Shown: positions 1-9,260, numbered from the stretch's first letter. The stretch is DNA of 32,000 nucleotides from Prochlorococcus marinus subsp. pastoris str. CCMP1986 (GCF_000011465.1 NC_005072.1:1590001-1622000), one strand, 5' to 3'. Notes: generated from the letters alone by a model not told the origin. Numbers and translations are program-made.

Positions 1-1
1 T

Positions 2-1510
2 GAAAAATGCGAATTATGTATACAAATAGCGGAAGGTAATGCCTTAGATATTATTGAAATTGATGCCGCATCTAATACTGGAGTTGAAAATATACGAGAA
101 ATAATTGATAGAGCAAGATTTGCCCCGACTCAAGCTAGATGGAAAGTATATGTTATCGATGAATGTCATATGCTTTCAACAGCTGCATCAAATGCTTTAC
201 TCAAAACTATTGAAGAACCTCCTGAAAGAGTTGTTTTTATTCTTGCAACAACAAATCCTGAAAGAGTCATAAATACCATTCAAAGTAGATGTCAGAAATT
301 TGATTTTAAAAGAATAAGCGCAAATACTATTTTCAACAACCTTTCTGCAATAGCAAATAAAGAATCAATTAAATTTGAAGATCAAGCTCTCAAACTAATT
401 GCAAAAAGATCAAATGGTGGAATGCGAGATGCACAAAGTTTACTAGATCAATTAAGTCTTCTTCCTAATGGCGTTACTACTAAAAATGTTCAAAGCTTAC
501 TTGGAGAAGTATCCGAAAATGATTTGACTGATTTAATCAATGCATTAATTAATAATCAGCCTGAGTCGTTATTAATTAGTTGTAATAACTTATATGATGC
601 AGGAAATGAACCAAATGAGATATTAGTTGGACTATTAAATATTACTAGAGACCTTTTACTTAAAACTTTAAATAATAATTATTCTGAAATGTACTATACC
701 TCTATTGAATTTCAAAATGAATTAAATAAATTCTCTTACAATGTTAGTAAGAACAGAATTATTGACTGGCATAACAAGCTTAAGAATGTTGATTATCAAA
801 TAAAAACAAGCGACAATCCAAGATTATGGTTGGAAATACACTTAACAAGTCTTCTTGAAAAAAATATCAATCAAACAATAATTAATAAGAAAGAATTAAT
901 TAATAAACAAGTTATCTCAGAAGATAATAAAAACCAAAATGAATCAGGAGATTTCAATAAGAAAGAATTAATTAATAAACAAGTTATCTCAGAAGATAAT
1001 AAAAACCAAAATGAATCAGGAGATTTCAATAAGAAAGAATTAATTAATAATCAGGACATTAACCAAAATTCTAAAAATGATAATCAAACTGATTATTTAA
1101 AAGAAAAGTGGGAGCTAATTCTTTCTAAATTAGAATTGCCATCAACAAAAATGCTACTTTCTCAGCAAGCAGAACTTGCCAGTATTGATTCGAATGAAGT
1201 TTTAATAGCATTATCTCCCAACTGGGAAAATATGATCAAAAGTCGAAAAGTAATAATTGAAAATGCTATAAAAAAAGTATTTGGGGATAAAGTAAAACTT
1301 AACTTTTCTAGCAAAAAAATTAATATTACTAAGACTGCAAACTTACAAGATAAAGTAATCAAGAAATTAAATGACAATTATGAAAAGCAAAGCACTAATT
1401 TTCATGATTCACCCTCCCCCACTAATAAACCTAAACCAGAATCCTATAATAATAGTCCCGAAAATTTAGCAAATTTTTTTAACGGAGAAATTGTTGATTT
1501 AGATGAATAA
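2..1510 (+). CDS. dnaX: DNA polymerase III gamma/tau subunit, 5' end cut by the window edge
   Basis: The frame is open from nt 2 and reads EKCELCIQIAEGNALDIIEIDAASNTGVENIREIIDRARFAPTQARWKVYVIDECHMLS ahead of the tracked Met at 170. It carries clamp-loader AAA+ motifs: Walker B VIDECHML, sensor-1 ILATTN and the SRC motif TIQSRCQKF. An N/K/Q-rich linker follows, then a C-terminal tau-type domain. Confidence 0.93.
   Translation, partial: EKCELCIQIAEGNALDIIEIDAASNTGVENIREIIDRARFAPTQARWKVYVIDECHMLSTAASNALLKTIEEPPERVVFILATTNPERVINTIQSRCQKFDFKRISANTIFNNLSAIANKESIKFEDQALKLIAKRSNGGMRDAQSLLDQLSLLPNGVTTKNVQSLLGEVSENDLTDLINALINNQPESLLISCNNLYDAGNEPNEILVGLLNITRDLLLKTLNNNYSEMYYTSIEFQNELNKFSYNVSKNRIIDWHNKLKNVDYQIKTSDNPRLWLEIHLTSLLEKNINQTIINKKELINKQVISEDNKNQNESGDFNKKELINKQVISEDNKNQNESGDFNKKELINNQDINQNSKNDNQTDYLKEKWELILSKLELPSTKMLLSQQAELASIDSNEVLIALSPNWENMIKSRKVIIENAIKKVFGDKVKLNFSSKKINITKTANLQDKVIKKLNDNYEKQSTNFHDSPSPTNKPKPESYNNSPENLANFFNGEIVDLDE
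884..1050 (+). repeat. In-frame 72-bp tandem repeat inside dnaX: two identical copies (884-955, 956-1027) plus a 23-nt partial third copy
   Basis: Base-by-base comparison shows both full copies read aataagaaagaattaattaataaacaagttatctcagaagataataaaaaccaaaatgaatcaggagatttc. The unit encodes NKKELINKQVISEDNKNQNESGDF twice. The third copy diverges after nt 1050. Confidence 0.97.
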
Positions 1511-1511
1511 C

Positions 1512-2813
1512 TTAAACACCAGTATGAAGTGTTTTCTTCCAGAGAATCTTTTTAGGAAAAAGAGACATTTTTATTGTTACCCATGGTATAACTAAAAACC
1601 AATGAGATAGATATACAAGAGAAACTAACATCATCATCAAATTGAGATTTTGTAAAACTGGACCCTCACTCTTGCATGAAGAGCCATACCAAACTGCAAT
1701 TCCAGACAAAGTAAATGCTGTTATGGAGATTGGCCAATAACTGGGTGATTCCGTTAGAGCAATACTTAAAATCAAATCAACCAAAGAAATAATAGGCAAG
1801 GCATATTGCAAGATAAAGAAAAAGGTTAAATCAAACTTTTGAATAAGTTCAATTTTTTTTGAAAATAATTGCTCCCCATAATCAAAAAATCTTTGCAAAC
1901 CACCTTCAGCCCATCTTTGTCTCTGTGAAAATAAAGCAGATATATTTTCAACTGCTTCTTCCATAACAGGAGGATCCCAGAGAATCCCAATTTTTGATTT
2001 AGAAAGTAAAAGCCTAAGGCTTAAATCCAAGTCATCAGTAACTGTATCTTCATTAAACGAACCACATTTAAGTAAAACTTCTTTATTAATTAATTGACCA
2101 TTACCTCTCAATTCAGATACTCCCGCAACAGATAATCTCCCATATTGAAAAATTGCATCCATTGCCATTTCCATAGACTGACAAGTGGTTAAAAAATTCT
2201 TACTTACATTTATGACGGATTTTCTTAATTGCACTGCTGACCAAGATCCCGCATAAACGAAACGAAATAGTCTTGGTAGAGTATCATTCTTCAATTGAGC
2301 ATCAGCATCTAGTATTAATAACCATTCTCCGTGTGTAAACTTTAAAGCATAATTTAATGCTCCTGATTTACCACCTCCAGCATTTGCAGATCTAGTAATA
2401 ATTTTTAATTTATCAAACTCTTTAGATAACCTTTCCAAAATTAAAGGTGTCTTATCAGAACTACCATCATCAATGATATAAATATTTAATTTATTAATTG
2501 GATAATCTAAATCAAATAATCTCTCAACTAATCTTTCAATAACATTTTCTTCATCTCTGGCAGCAACTAAAATATCGAGAGCAGGTAACTTATCATTACT
2601 AATTATCTTTTCGTTACTTTGTGAAGAAACACTTCTTTTTATATTTTTTGAAATTACATTTAATCCATAACAAGCAACTAAAAAAGAAATCGTTATTGTA
2701 AAAAATAGAAAATATTTGTATTGAAAGATATGAGGAATAGTACTTACTAATAAACAAACAGCAAGAAATAAAAATGATTTTAATCTTCGATTTTTATAAA
2801 AACCATTACTCAT
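1512..2813 (-). CDS. Membrane-bound family 2 glycosyltransferase, possibly the cyanobacterial monoglucosyl-diacylglycerol synthase type
   Basis: An N-terminal TM segment is followed by a GT-A core with IIDDGSSD, a LILDADA (DxD) motif and the processive-GT2 signature QRQRWAEG. Several C-terminal TM helices follow. The specific lipid-synthase assignment is inference from architecture only. Confidence 0.85.
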   Translation of the reverse strand: MSNGFYKNRRLKSFLFLAVCLLVSTIPHIFQYKYFLFFTITISFLVACYGLNVISKNIKRSVSSQSNEKIISNDKLPALDILVAARDEENVIERLVERLFDLDYPINKLNIYIIDDGSSDKTPLILERLSKEFDKLKIITRSANAGGGKSGALNYALKFTHGEWLLILDADAQLKNDTLPRLFRFVYAGSWSAVQLRKSVINVSKNFLTTCQSMEMAMDAIFQYGRLSVAGVSELRGNGQLINKEVLLKCGSFNEDTVTDDLDLSLRLLLSKSKIGILWDPPVMEEAVENISALFSQRQRWAEGGLQRFFDYGEQLFSKKIELIQKFDLTFFFILQYALPIISLVDLILSIALTESPSYWPISITAFTLSGIAVWYGSSCKSEGPVLQNLNLMMMLVSLVYLSHWFLVIPWVTIKMSLFPKKILWKKTLHTGV

Positions 2814-2841
2814 AAATGCTAATTTATAATTTTCATTTTAA

Positions 2842-4380
2842 TTATTGAGACGATATCTCAATTTTTTTAATTTTTGTTCCCTTATAGTAATGATTCAATA
2901 TTTGTTCATAAGTAAAGCCTAATTCAGCCATTTCTATCGCTCCTGATTGAGATAAACCTACACCATGACCGAAGCCACCTCCTTTAAAAAGCCAAAGATT
3001 ATCATTTAATTTATTAATAGTGAATAAATTACTCGGCAAAAAACTCAATATTCGACGAATATCATCTTTTACAAGAACTATTGGTTTCTTTAAATTTTTT
3101 AACTTAATTTCTAATTTTGTTACTCTTCCACTGAAGCCTCTATCAATAATATTTAGATCAACCAAATCTGATTTCTCCTTAATTGATTGATTATTTAATA
3201 GATTATTTTGTATCATCTCGTTAGAAATTATTTTCTCCCACCGAAAAAGAGAATGCTTTCTACCATAAACTTTTTCATCTGCAAACTCAAGAAATTTATT
3301 TAATTCATCCCCACTTTTAATTGGAAGTCTAAAAGCTTTTTTTAAAGCATTTGAACCATCAATCATTGAATTAAGATAACGATAATCTTTTATTTGCCAA
3401 GATTCACTTGCCCTAGCTGATATGCCTCCATTAGATCCATGATAAAAGGAATTAATTGGTTTCTTTTTATAAGTGATTATTAAATTTGAAGTATCTTCTA
3501 TCGCTTTATGTACATTTTTATATTCAATCAAATGAGGTTTATAAACTTGGCATTGAGTAGTTATACACAAATGATATTGATCAATTTTAAATCTATCGGA
3601 ATTATAAAGTGCCCAAGTTCTCGCAATTACTGCTTGTGCTTTCAATGCCTCTAAAGGTGAATTAGAGCCAATTTCATGTGGCAGAACACCTTTTAAGTAA
3701 TCATCAAATTTGATTTTCTGGATCAACGTCCAAGTTCCATATGAATCTTTAGCTAAATAAAACTTTTTACCCAAATTTATATCATTAATACTTATCTCTT
3801 GAGATGAAGATATATATATCGGGCCTTGGAGTTCATGTTGCGAATATTCAGTAACAAGGAAAGGGATAATTTTTGACTTGTAGGATTTTTTAAACAGTCT
3901 ATAGTTTAGTTTTTTGTCAGGAAGATTTTTGCCAACTGGAATCCAAACTTCCCAATTGTTTGGAAAGGCAACTAGAGCTTGATAACCTTTTTCTTTTAAT
4001 TTTTCAGCTTGCTTTTGTGCCGATTCATAGCTTGCAAATGGACCAAATACTATTCTTTCAACAGTGAAAGGGGTTATCAAGTTTTTTTTCTTCAAAACAA
4101 TATTTATTTTTTTGGATTTGTGTTTTAAACCATTAGTAGAATGGAGTTTTAAAAATTCATTTTTTGTAGTAAAAGTAATATTATTTTTTTTTGGAAAGTT
4201 ATCACTCCTAGCTCCTAAGTATTGTTTTAATCCAATTAAAAAATTACCTTTTTTTAATTCTTGAGTAAGATTTATTTTTGAAGATTCATCTGCAAAGCCA
4301 CTTAATGTCAGTATTGGAGAAATTGAACAAAATAACCAACATCCATAAATGAGAAACTTTAAGTTCAATTTGCGCAGCAT
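2842..4380 (-). CDS. SpoIID/LytB-family peptidoglycan-remodelling protein with signal peptide and SPOR-like segment
   Basis: The N-terminus is hydrophobic and signal-like (LIYGCWLFCSISPILTLSGFA). A SPOR-like stretch reads VFGPFASYESAQKQAEKLKEKGYQALV. SpoIID core motifs are present: AQAVIARTWAL, YHGSNGG and GHGVGLSQSGA. Confidence 0.88.
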   Translation of the reverse strand: MLRKLNLKFLIYGCWLFCSISPILTLSGFADESSKINLTQELKKGNFLIGLKQYLGARSDNFPKKNNITFTTKNEFLKLHSTNGLKHKSKKINIVLKKKNLITPFTVERIVFGPFASYESAQKQAEKLKEKGYQALVAFPNNWEVWIPVGKNLPDKKLNYRLFKKSYKSKIIPFLVTEYSQHELQGPIYISSSQEISINDINLGKKFYLAKDSYGTWTLIQKIKFDDYLKGVLPHEIGSNSPLEALKAQAVIARTWALYNSDRFKIDQYHLCITTQCQVYKPHLIEYKNVHKAIEDTSNLIITYKKKPINSFYHGSNGGISARASESWQIKDYRYLNSMIDGSNALKKAFRLPIKSGDELNKFLEFADEKVYGRKHSLFRWEKIISNEMIQNNLLNNQSIKEKSDLVDLNIIDRGFSGRVTKLEIKLKNLKKPIVLVKDDIRRILSFLPSNLFTINKLNDNLWLFKGGGFGHGVGLSQSGAIEMAELGFTYEQILNHYYKGTKIKKIEISSQ

Positions 4381-4471
4381 AAGTTCGACATTACCTTTTC
4401 AATTCAAAACTTTAATTTGCACCAATGCATATAAAGGTTTAGATTATCTAGATTAAACATTATCAAGGTAA

Positions 4472-4669
4472 ATGTCTAAACTTAAAACTCGTAAATCAGC
4501 AGCTAAAAGATTTAAAGCTACTGCTACGGGTAAATTTACTAGAAGAAGAGCTTTCCATAATCATTTATTAGATCACAAAAGCTCAAAATTGAAGAGACAT
4601 CTTAAAACAAAAGCTGTTGTTGATGAAAGAGATGCTGATAATGTAAAATTAATGATTCCTTACGCTTAA
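4472..4669 (+). CDS. rpmI: 50S ribosomal protein L35
   Basis: A 65-aa basic protein beginning [15 protein letters not shown], sitting immediately upstream of rplT as in the conserved rpmI-rplT pair. Confidence 0.96.
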   Translation: MSKLKTRKSAAKRFKATATGKFTRRRAFHNHLLDHKSSKLKRHLKTKAVVDERDADNVKLMIPYA

Positions 4670-4699
4670 GAGCATTCAAATTACTTTTAAAATAAATTT

Positions 4700-5047
4700 A
4701 TGGCACGCGTTAAAAGAGGCAACATAGCCAGAAAAAGAAGAAACAAAATCTTAAACCTTGCTAAAGGTTTCAGAGGAGGAAACAAAAATCTTTTTAGAAC
4801 AGCAAATCAAAGAGTAATGAAAGCTCTTTGCAACGCTTATAGAGATAGAAGAAGAAGAAAAAGAGATTTCAGAAGACTTTGGATCTCAAGAATAAATGCC
4901 TCGGCAAGAATTAATGGCACAAATTACAGCAGATTAATTAATGGGATGAAGAACTCTGAGATAATTATCAATAGAAAAATGCTTGCACAATTAGCTTTAA
5001 GCGATCCACAATGTTTTGAAAAAATAGTTTCTACCGTAAACAATTAA
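4700..5047 (+). CDS. rplT: 50S ribosomal protein L20
   Basis: The N-terminus [26 protein letters not shown] and the 115-aa length are typical of L20. Confidence 0.97.
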   Translation: MARVKRGNIARKRRNKILNLAKGFRGGNKNLFRTANQRVMKALCNAYRDRRRRKRDFRRLWISRINASARINGTNYSRLINGMKNSEIIINRKMLAQLALSDPQCFEKIVSTVNN

Positions 5048-5085
5048 ATTAAAAAAATAAAATTGTTCAAAATATCTTATAAGTA

Positions 5086-5643
5086 ATGGAAATATCTTCC
5101 TTTCAATCCTATTTGATCATCCTTTTTATAGTACTTATAATAATCTCTATTTTTGTATTTCGACAATTTCTTAGGACAAGAAAGGAAGAATTAAATTTAG
5201 TAAAATTTGAGCAAAAAGGCCTTAATTCACTAACAAAAGCTTCTGAATTATATGAATTTGGCTCTATCCAAATTAAAAAAAGGTTATATACAGAGGCCTC
5301 TAAGACTTTTCTGAAAGCTGTTGAATCTTATGATAATGAACCAGACGAAGCAAAAGCCATTATTGAAAATGCTCTCGGTTTTTCTTATGCAGCACAAAAT
5401 GAGTTTAAAAAAGCAATCAAGCACTATAACTCAGCTATAAAATCACTCCCTGAATATACAGTCGCTTTAAATAATCTGGCATCCGCACAACAACGATTGC
5501 TGGAATATGATTTGGCATATGCAACTTATAAGAAAGTTTTAGTAATAGATCCAAACAACAAAACAGCAATTAAAAAGAGCAAAGAACTTGAAAAAAGAAA
5601 TAATTACACACCTTTCAAAGGAATAAAAGATAAAGGATTTTAA
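5086..5643 (+). CDS. Membrane-anchored TPR-repeat protein (Ycf37-like architecture; assignment tentative)
   Basis: One N-terminal TM helix ([17 protein letters not shown]) is followed by about three TPR-like units, for example [34 protein letters not shown] and [32 protein letters not shown]. Confidence 0.7.
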   Translation: MEISSFQSYLIILFIVLIIISIFVFRQFLRTRKEELNLVKFEQKGLNSLTKASELYEFGSIQIKKRLYTEASKTFLKAVESYDNEPDEAKAIIENALGFSYAAQNEFKKAIKHYNSAIKSLPEYTVALNNLASAQQRLLEYDLAYATYKKVLVIDPNNKTAIKKSKELEKRNNYTPFKGIKDKGF

Positions 5644-5644
5644 A

Positions 5645-6442
5645 ATGAAAGAAGATTCATGTTTACAAATTGGAGGTAAAAGCTTCTCAAGTAGGTTGAT
5701 GGTTGGTACAGGAAAATATACGTCTTCGGAAGTCATGCTAGAGAGTTTAGCTAATACTGAATCTGAAATAGTGACTGTCGCAGTGAGAAGAATTCAAAAT
5801 AATCAAAATGGAGAAAATTTACTGGAAAAAATTGACTGGAAAAAATTCTGGATGCTTCCTAATACTGCTGGTTGTACCAATTCAGACGAGGCAATAAGAA
5901 TAGCAATTTTAGGAAGAGAACTTGCCAAATTATCAGGTCAAGAAGAAAATAATTTCGTCAAATTAGAAGTTATTCCTGACAAAAAATATTTATTACCTGA
6001 TCCTATTGAAACCCTTAAAGCAGCTGAAATATTGATAAATAAAGATTTTATTGTTCTTCCATATATAAATGCTGATCCAATATTAGCAAAAAAGTTAGAG
6101 GAGATAGGTTGTTCGACTGTGATGCCATTAGGATCACCCATCGGCTCTGGTCAAGGCCTTTTAAATTTATCTAATATATCCATAATTATTGAAAATTCTA
6201 ATATTCCAGTCATAATTGATGCCGGCATAGGTGTACCTAGTGAAGCTTCTCAGGCTATGGAACTTGGAGCAGATGGAGTTTTAATCAATAGTGCTATCGC
6301 ATTAGCTAAAAACCCGTTAAAAATGGCTAAAGCGATGAATTATGGGGTAAAAGCAGGAAGAGAAGCTTTTTTAGCTGGAAGAATTGAAAAGCAGAAGTTA
6401 GCAAACGCTAGTTCACCTGAAATAAATATCTCAATAAAGTAA
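5645..6442 (+). CDS. thiG: Thiazole synthase
   Basis: ThiG motifs are present: [37 protein letters not shown] and [12 protein letters not shown]. The start codon lies 1 nt after the upstream stop. Confidence 0.95.
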   Translation: MKEDSCLQIGGKSFSSRLMVGTGKYTSSEVMLESLANTESEIVTVAVRRIQNNQNGENLLEKIDWKKFWMLPNTAGCTNSDEAIRIAILGRELAKLSGQEENNFVKLEVIPDKKYLLPDPIETLKAAEILINKDFIVLPYINADPILAKKLEEIGCSTVMPLGSPIGSGQGLLNLSNISIIIENSNIPVIIDAGIGVPSEASQAMELGADGVLINSAIALAKNPLKMAKAMNYGVKAGREAFLAGRIEKQKLANASSPEINISIK

Positions 6443-6608
6443 TTTGATTCTTTAAAAATAATTTTAATATTAAAAAAATTGTAAGAATAGCCAATTTATT
6501 AATTAAAGAGAAAAGATTTGAAACTTTTTACAATCTTTTTTCACATTTTGGAAGCACTCTGTAGTAATTTAATAAATATAAAATGACATTTTAATTCTGG
6601 AGTTTTGA

Positions 6609-7802
6609 GTGAAAGTAATTGTTCTTGGCGGAGATGGTTTTTGCGGTTGGCCTTGTGCGGTGAATTTAGCGGAACAAAATCATGAAGTAATTATAGTTGA
6701 CAACCTAAGTCGCAGAAAAATAGATATTGATCTTGAAGTGGAATCGTTAACCCCAATTTCTTCCATAAATGAAAGACTTTCTGCATGGGAAGAGACTGGT
6801 GGAAAACCAATAAAATTTATTAATATTGATCTTTCGAAACAATATCAAAAATTACTAAACTTACTTATTGAGGAAAAACCTGATTCAATTGTACATTTTG
6901 CTGAACAAAGGGCTGCACCTTACTCAATGAAATCAAGTTTTACCAAAAGATATACAGTTGATAATAATGTGAATGGTACTCATAATTTACTTGCTGCAAT
7001 TGTAGAAAGTAATTTAGATATTCATATTGTTCATTTAGGAACCATGGGGGTATATGGATATGGATCACATAGAGGCGCAACAATTCCTGAAGGTTATTTA
7101 AAAGTTGAAGTACCTCAACCAGATGGAAGTCGTTTTGAAGAAGAAATTCTTCATCCCGCCAGTCCTGGCAGCGTTTATCACATGACAAAGACATTAGATC
7201 AATTATTATTTCTTTATTACAACAAAAACGACTTGATTAGAATCACAGATTTACATCAAGGCATTGTTTGGGGCACAAATACAGAAACAACATTAAAAGA
7301 TCCAAGATTGACAAATAGATTCGATTATGACGGCGATTACGGTACAGTTCTTAATAGATTTCTCATGCAAGCAGCGATCGGATATCCCCTTACTGTGCAT
7401 GGAACAGGAGGACAGACAAGAGCTTTTATACATATTAAAGATTCAGTAAAATGCGTTCAACTAGCTCTAGAAAATCCTCCAAAATCTGGCGAACGAGTAA
7501 AAATTTTCAATCAAATGACAGAAAGTCACCAGGTTGGAGAATTAGCTAAAAAAGTTGCTTCTCTTACTGGAGCAGAAATCAATTATTTACCAAATCCTCG
7601 AAATGAAGCTGTCGAAAATGATTTAATAGTTGATAATAAATGTTTCATAGAATTGGGGCTTAATCCCACCACTCTTGATAATGGCTTATTAGAAGAAGTT
7701 GTTGAAGTAGCTAAAAAATACTCTTTGAGATGTGATAAAAAAAGAATTCCTTGTATTTCAACTTGGACGAAAAAACAGGCTAAAGCAATAAAAACTAATT
7801 AA
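6609..7802 (+). CDS. sqdB: UDP-sulfoquinovose synthase
   Basis: A Rossmann motif sits at the extreme N-terminus (VLGGDGFCGWP) and an SDR catalytic YxxxK is present (VYHMTKTL). The 397-aa length and the sqdX neighbour fit sqdB. The GTG start is forced: an in-frame TGA lies immediately upstream at 6606-6608, and GGAG lies 7 nt upstream. Confidence 0.93.
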   Translation: MKVIVLGGDGFCGWPCAVNLAEQNHEVIIVDNLSRRKIDIDLEVESLTPISSINERLSAWEETGGKPIKFINIDLSKQYQKLLNLLIEEKPDSIVHFAEQRAAPYSMKSSFTKRYTVDNNVNGTHNLLAAIVESNLDIHIVHLGTMGVYGYGSHRGATIPEGYLKVEVPQPDGSRFEEEILHPASPGSVYHMTKTLDQLLFLYYNKNDLIRITDLHQGIVWGTNTETTLKDPRLTNRFDYDGDYGTVLNRFLMQAAIGYPLTVHGTGGQTRAFIHIKDSVKCVQLALENPPKSGERVKIFNQMTESHQVGELAKKVASLTGAEINYLPNPRNEAVENDLIVDNKCFIELGLNPTTLDNGLLEEVVEVAKKYSLRCDKKRIPCISTWTKKQAKAIKTN

Positions 7803-7830
7803 AAATAGTTTTAATATCTAACTTAAAAAA

Positions 7831-8964
7831 GTGAAAATTGCATTCTTTACTGAAACTTTTCTACCTAAAGTTGACGGAATAGTCACAAGACTAACTAAGA
7901 CCATCGAATTTTTAACAAAAAATGGTGATGAAGTTATAGTGTTTTGTCCTGAAGGATGTCCTGATTCTTATAAAGGAGCAACAATAGTAGGAGTTGCTGC
8001 AATGCCTCTACCTTTATATCCTGAATTAAAATTAGGCTTACCTGGCCCTGCAGTCTCTGATAAGTTAGAAGAATTCAAGCCAGACTTAGTACATGTAGTT
8101 AATCCCGCTGTACTTGGACTTGGAGGCATATGGCTAGCAAAAACAAATAATATTCCTCTAATTGCAAGTTACCATACACATCTTCCAAAATATCTTGAAC
8201 ACTACGGAATGGGAATGTTAGAACCCCTTTTATGGGAGTTGTTAAAAGCAGCTCATAATCAAGCCTTATTAAACCTTTGTACCTCAACTGCAATGGTTAA
8301 TGAACTCGAAGATAAAGGAATACAGAGGACTGCTTTATGGCAAAGGGGTGTCGATACTGAAAACTTCAGACCAGAATTACGAAGCGAAAAAATGAGAGAA
8401 AAATTATTTGGAAAATATCAAAATACGGATTCACTTTTGATTTATGTAGGTAGATTATCAGCAGAAAAGCAAATTGAAAGAATTAAGCCTGTATTAGATA
8501 ATATACCCGGAGCATGTCTCGCTCTAGTGGGAGATGGTCCCTACAGAGGGCAGTTGGAAAAGATTTTTGAAAACACAAACACAAATTTCATAGGTTATTT
8601 ATCTGGTGAAGAACTAGCCAGTGCTTACGCATCCGGAGATATATTCTTATTCCCATCAAGCACAGAAACTCTTGGGTTAGTATTGTTAGAAGCAATGGCT
8701 GCAGGATGCCCAGTAATAGGGGCTAATAAAGGTGGTATCCCAGATATTATCAATAATGGAATAAATGGTTGTTTATATAACCCAGATGAAAAAGACAATG
8801 GAGAAAGAAGTTTAATTGAGGCTACTAAAAAAATCCTTGCAGATAAGAATAAAAAAGAAGCTATGAGAAAAGAAGCTAGGAAAGAAGCTGAACAATGGGA
8901 CTGGAACCAAGCTACTCTTCAATTACAAAAATATTATGCAGAAACACTTGAAAACATTTCCTAA
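7831..8964 (+). CDS. sqdX: Sulfoquinovosyl-diacylglycerol synthase, GT4 glycosyltransferase
   Basis: The GT4 N-terminus reads MKIAFFTETFLPKVDGI, and the C-terminal nucleotide-sugar motif reads ETLGLVLLEAMAAGCPVIG. It lies directly downstream of sqdB. The GTG start is forced by an in-frame TAA four codons upstream. Confidence 0.9.
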   Translation: MKIAFFTETFLPKVDGIVTRLTKTIEFLTKNGDEVIVFCPEGCPDSYKGATIVGVAAMPLPLYPELKLGLPGPAVSDKLEEFKPDLVHVVNPAVLGLGGIWLAKTNNIPLIASYHTHLPKYLEHYGMGMLEPLLWELLKAAHNQALLNLCTSTAMVNELEDKGIQRTALWQRGVDTENFRPELRSEKMREKLFGKYQNTDSLLIYVGRLSAEKQIERIKPVLDNIPGACLALVGDGPYRGQLEKIFENTNTNFIGYLSGEELASAYASGDIFLFPSSTETLGLVLLEAMAAGCPVIGANKGGIPDIINNGINGCLYNPDEKDNGERSLIEATKKILADKNKKEAMRKEARKEAEQWDWNQATLQLQKYYAETLENIS

Positions 8965-8975
8965 ATTTCTATAAA

Positions 8976-9227
8976 TTAAGCAACATGTGGGGGTGGAGTA
9001 GGATTAATAAATGTATTGATTGGAAGTATTAAAGTAGCTATATTTTGATTCTTATCGGGCCTCTGTTTTTTAGGAAATCTTTTTCCAAATGGTACTCTAA
9101 TTACATTAGTCCCTTCAACAGTATTTACCTTTGTATTATTCCGTAAGGAATTATTAACAAAATTTGGTAAATTCAAATTATTAATTGGCAAGCGCTTAAC
9201 CTTACCAGATTTAAAATCTTTGCTCAT
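8976..9227 (-). CDS. Hypothetical small basic N/P-rich protein
   Basis: Support is an open frame of 83 codons in an otherwise gene-free gap, co-oriented with gcvP. No motif is recognised and the composition is low-complexity, so coding status is uncertain. Confidence 0.4.
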   Translation of the reverse strand: MSKDFKSGKVKRLPINNLNLPNFVNNSLRNNTKVNTVEGTNVIRVPFGKRFPKKQRPDKNQNIATLILPINTFINPTPPPHVA

Positions 9228-9260
9228 AGCTTCAAATACCCCAAATAAATTTGATGCTTG

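Noticed and set aside
1270-1276. A second A-AAA-AAA slippery heptamer in dnaX, whose -1 frame stops after 4 codons.
   Set aside because: It lies in the middle of the conserved C-terminal tau domain, where a truncation would have no precedent. A runs and nearby out-of-frame stops are expected by composition alone.
4381-4471. An L20-binding translational operator or leader upstream of rpmI-rplT, and the absence of infC.
   Set aside because: The spacer is 91 nt and AT-rich, and I could not find the pseudoknot or stem that mimics the L20 rRNA site. infC being unlinked is not unusual outside the Proteobacteria and Firmicutes.
6443-6608. Candidate sigma-70 -35/-10 pairs (for example TTGAAA 6518-6523 with TCACAT 6541-6546) and Pho-box-like TTAA octamers upstream of sqdB.
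   Set aside because: In sequence this AT-rich, such hexamers arise by chance. None gives a good consensus at correct spacing, and no tandem 8-bp Pho-box repeats with 3-bp spacing were found. The evidence does not support an annotated feature.
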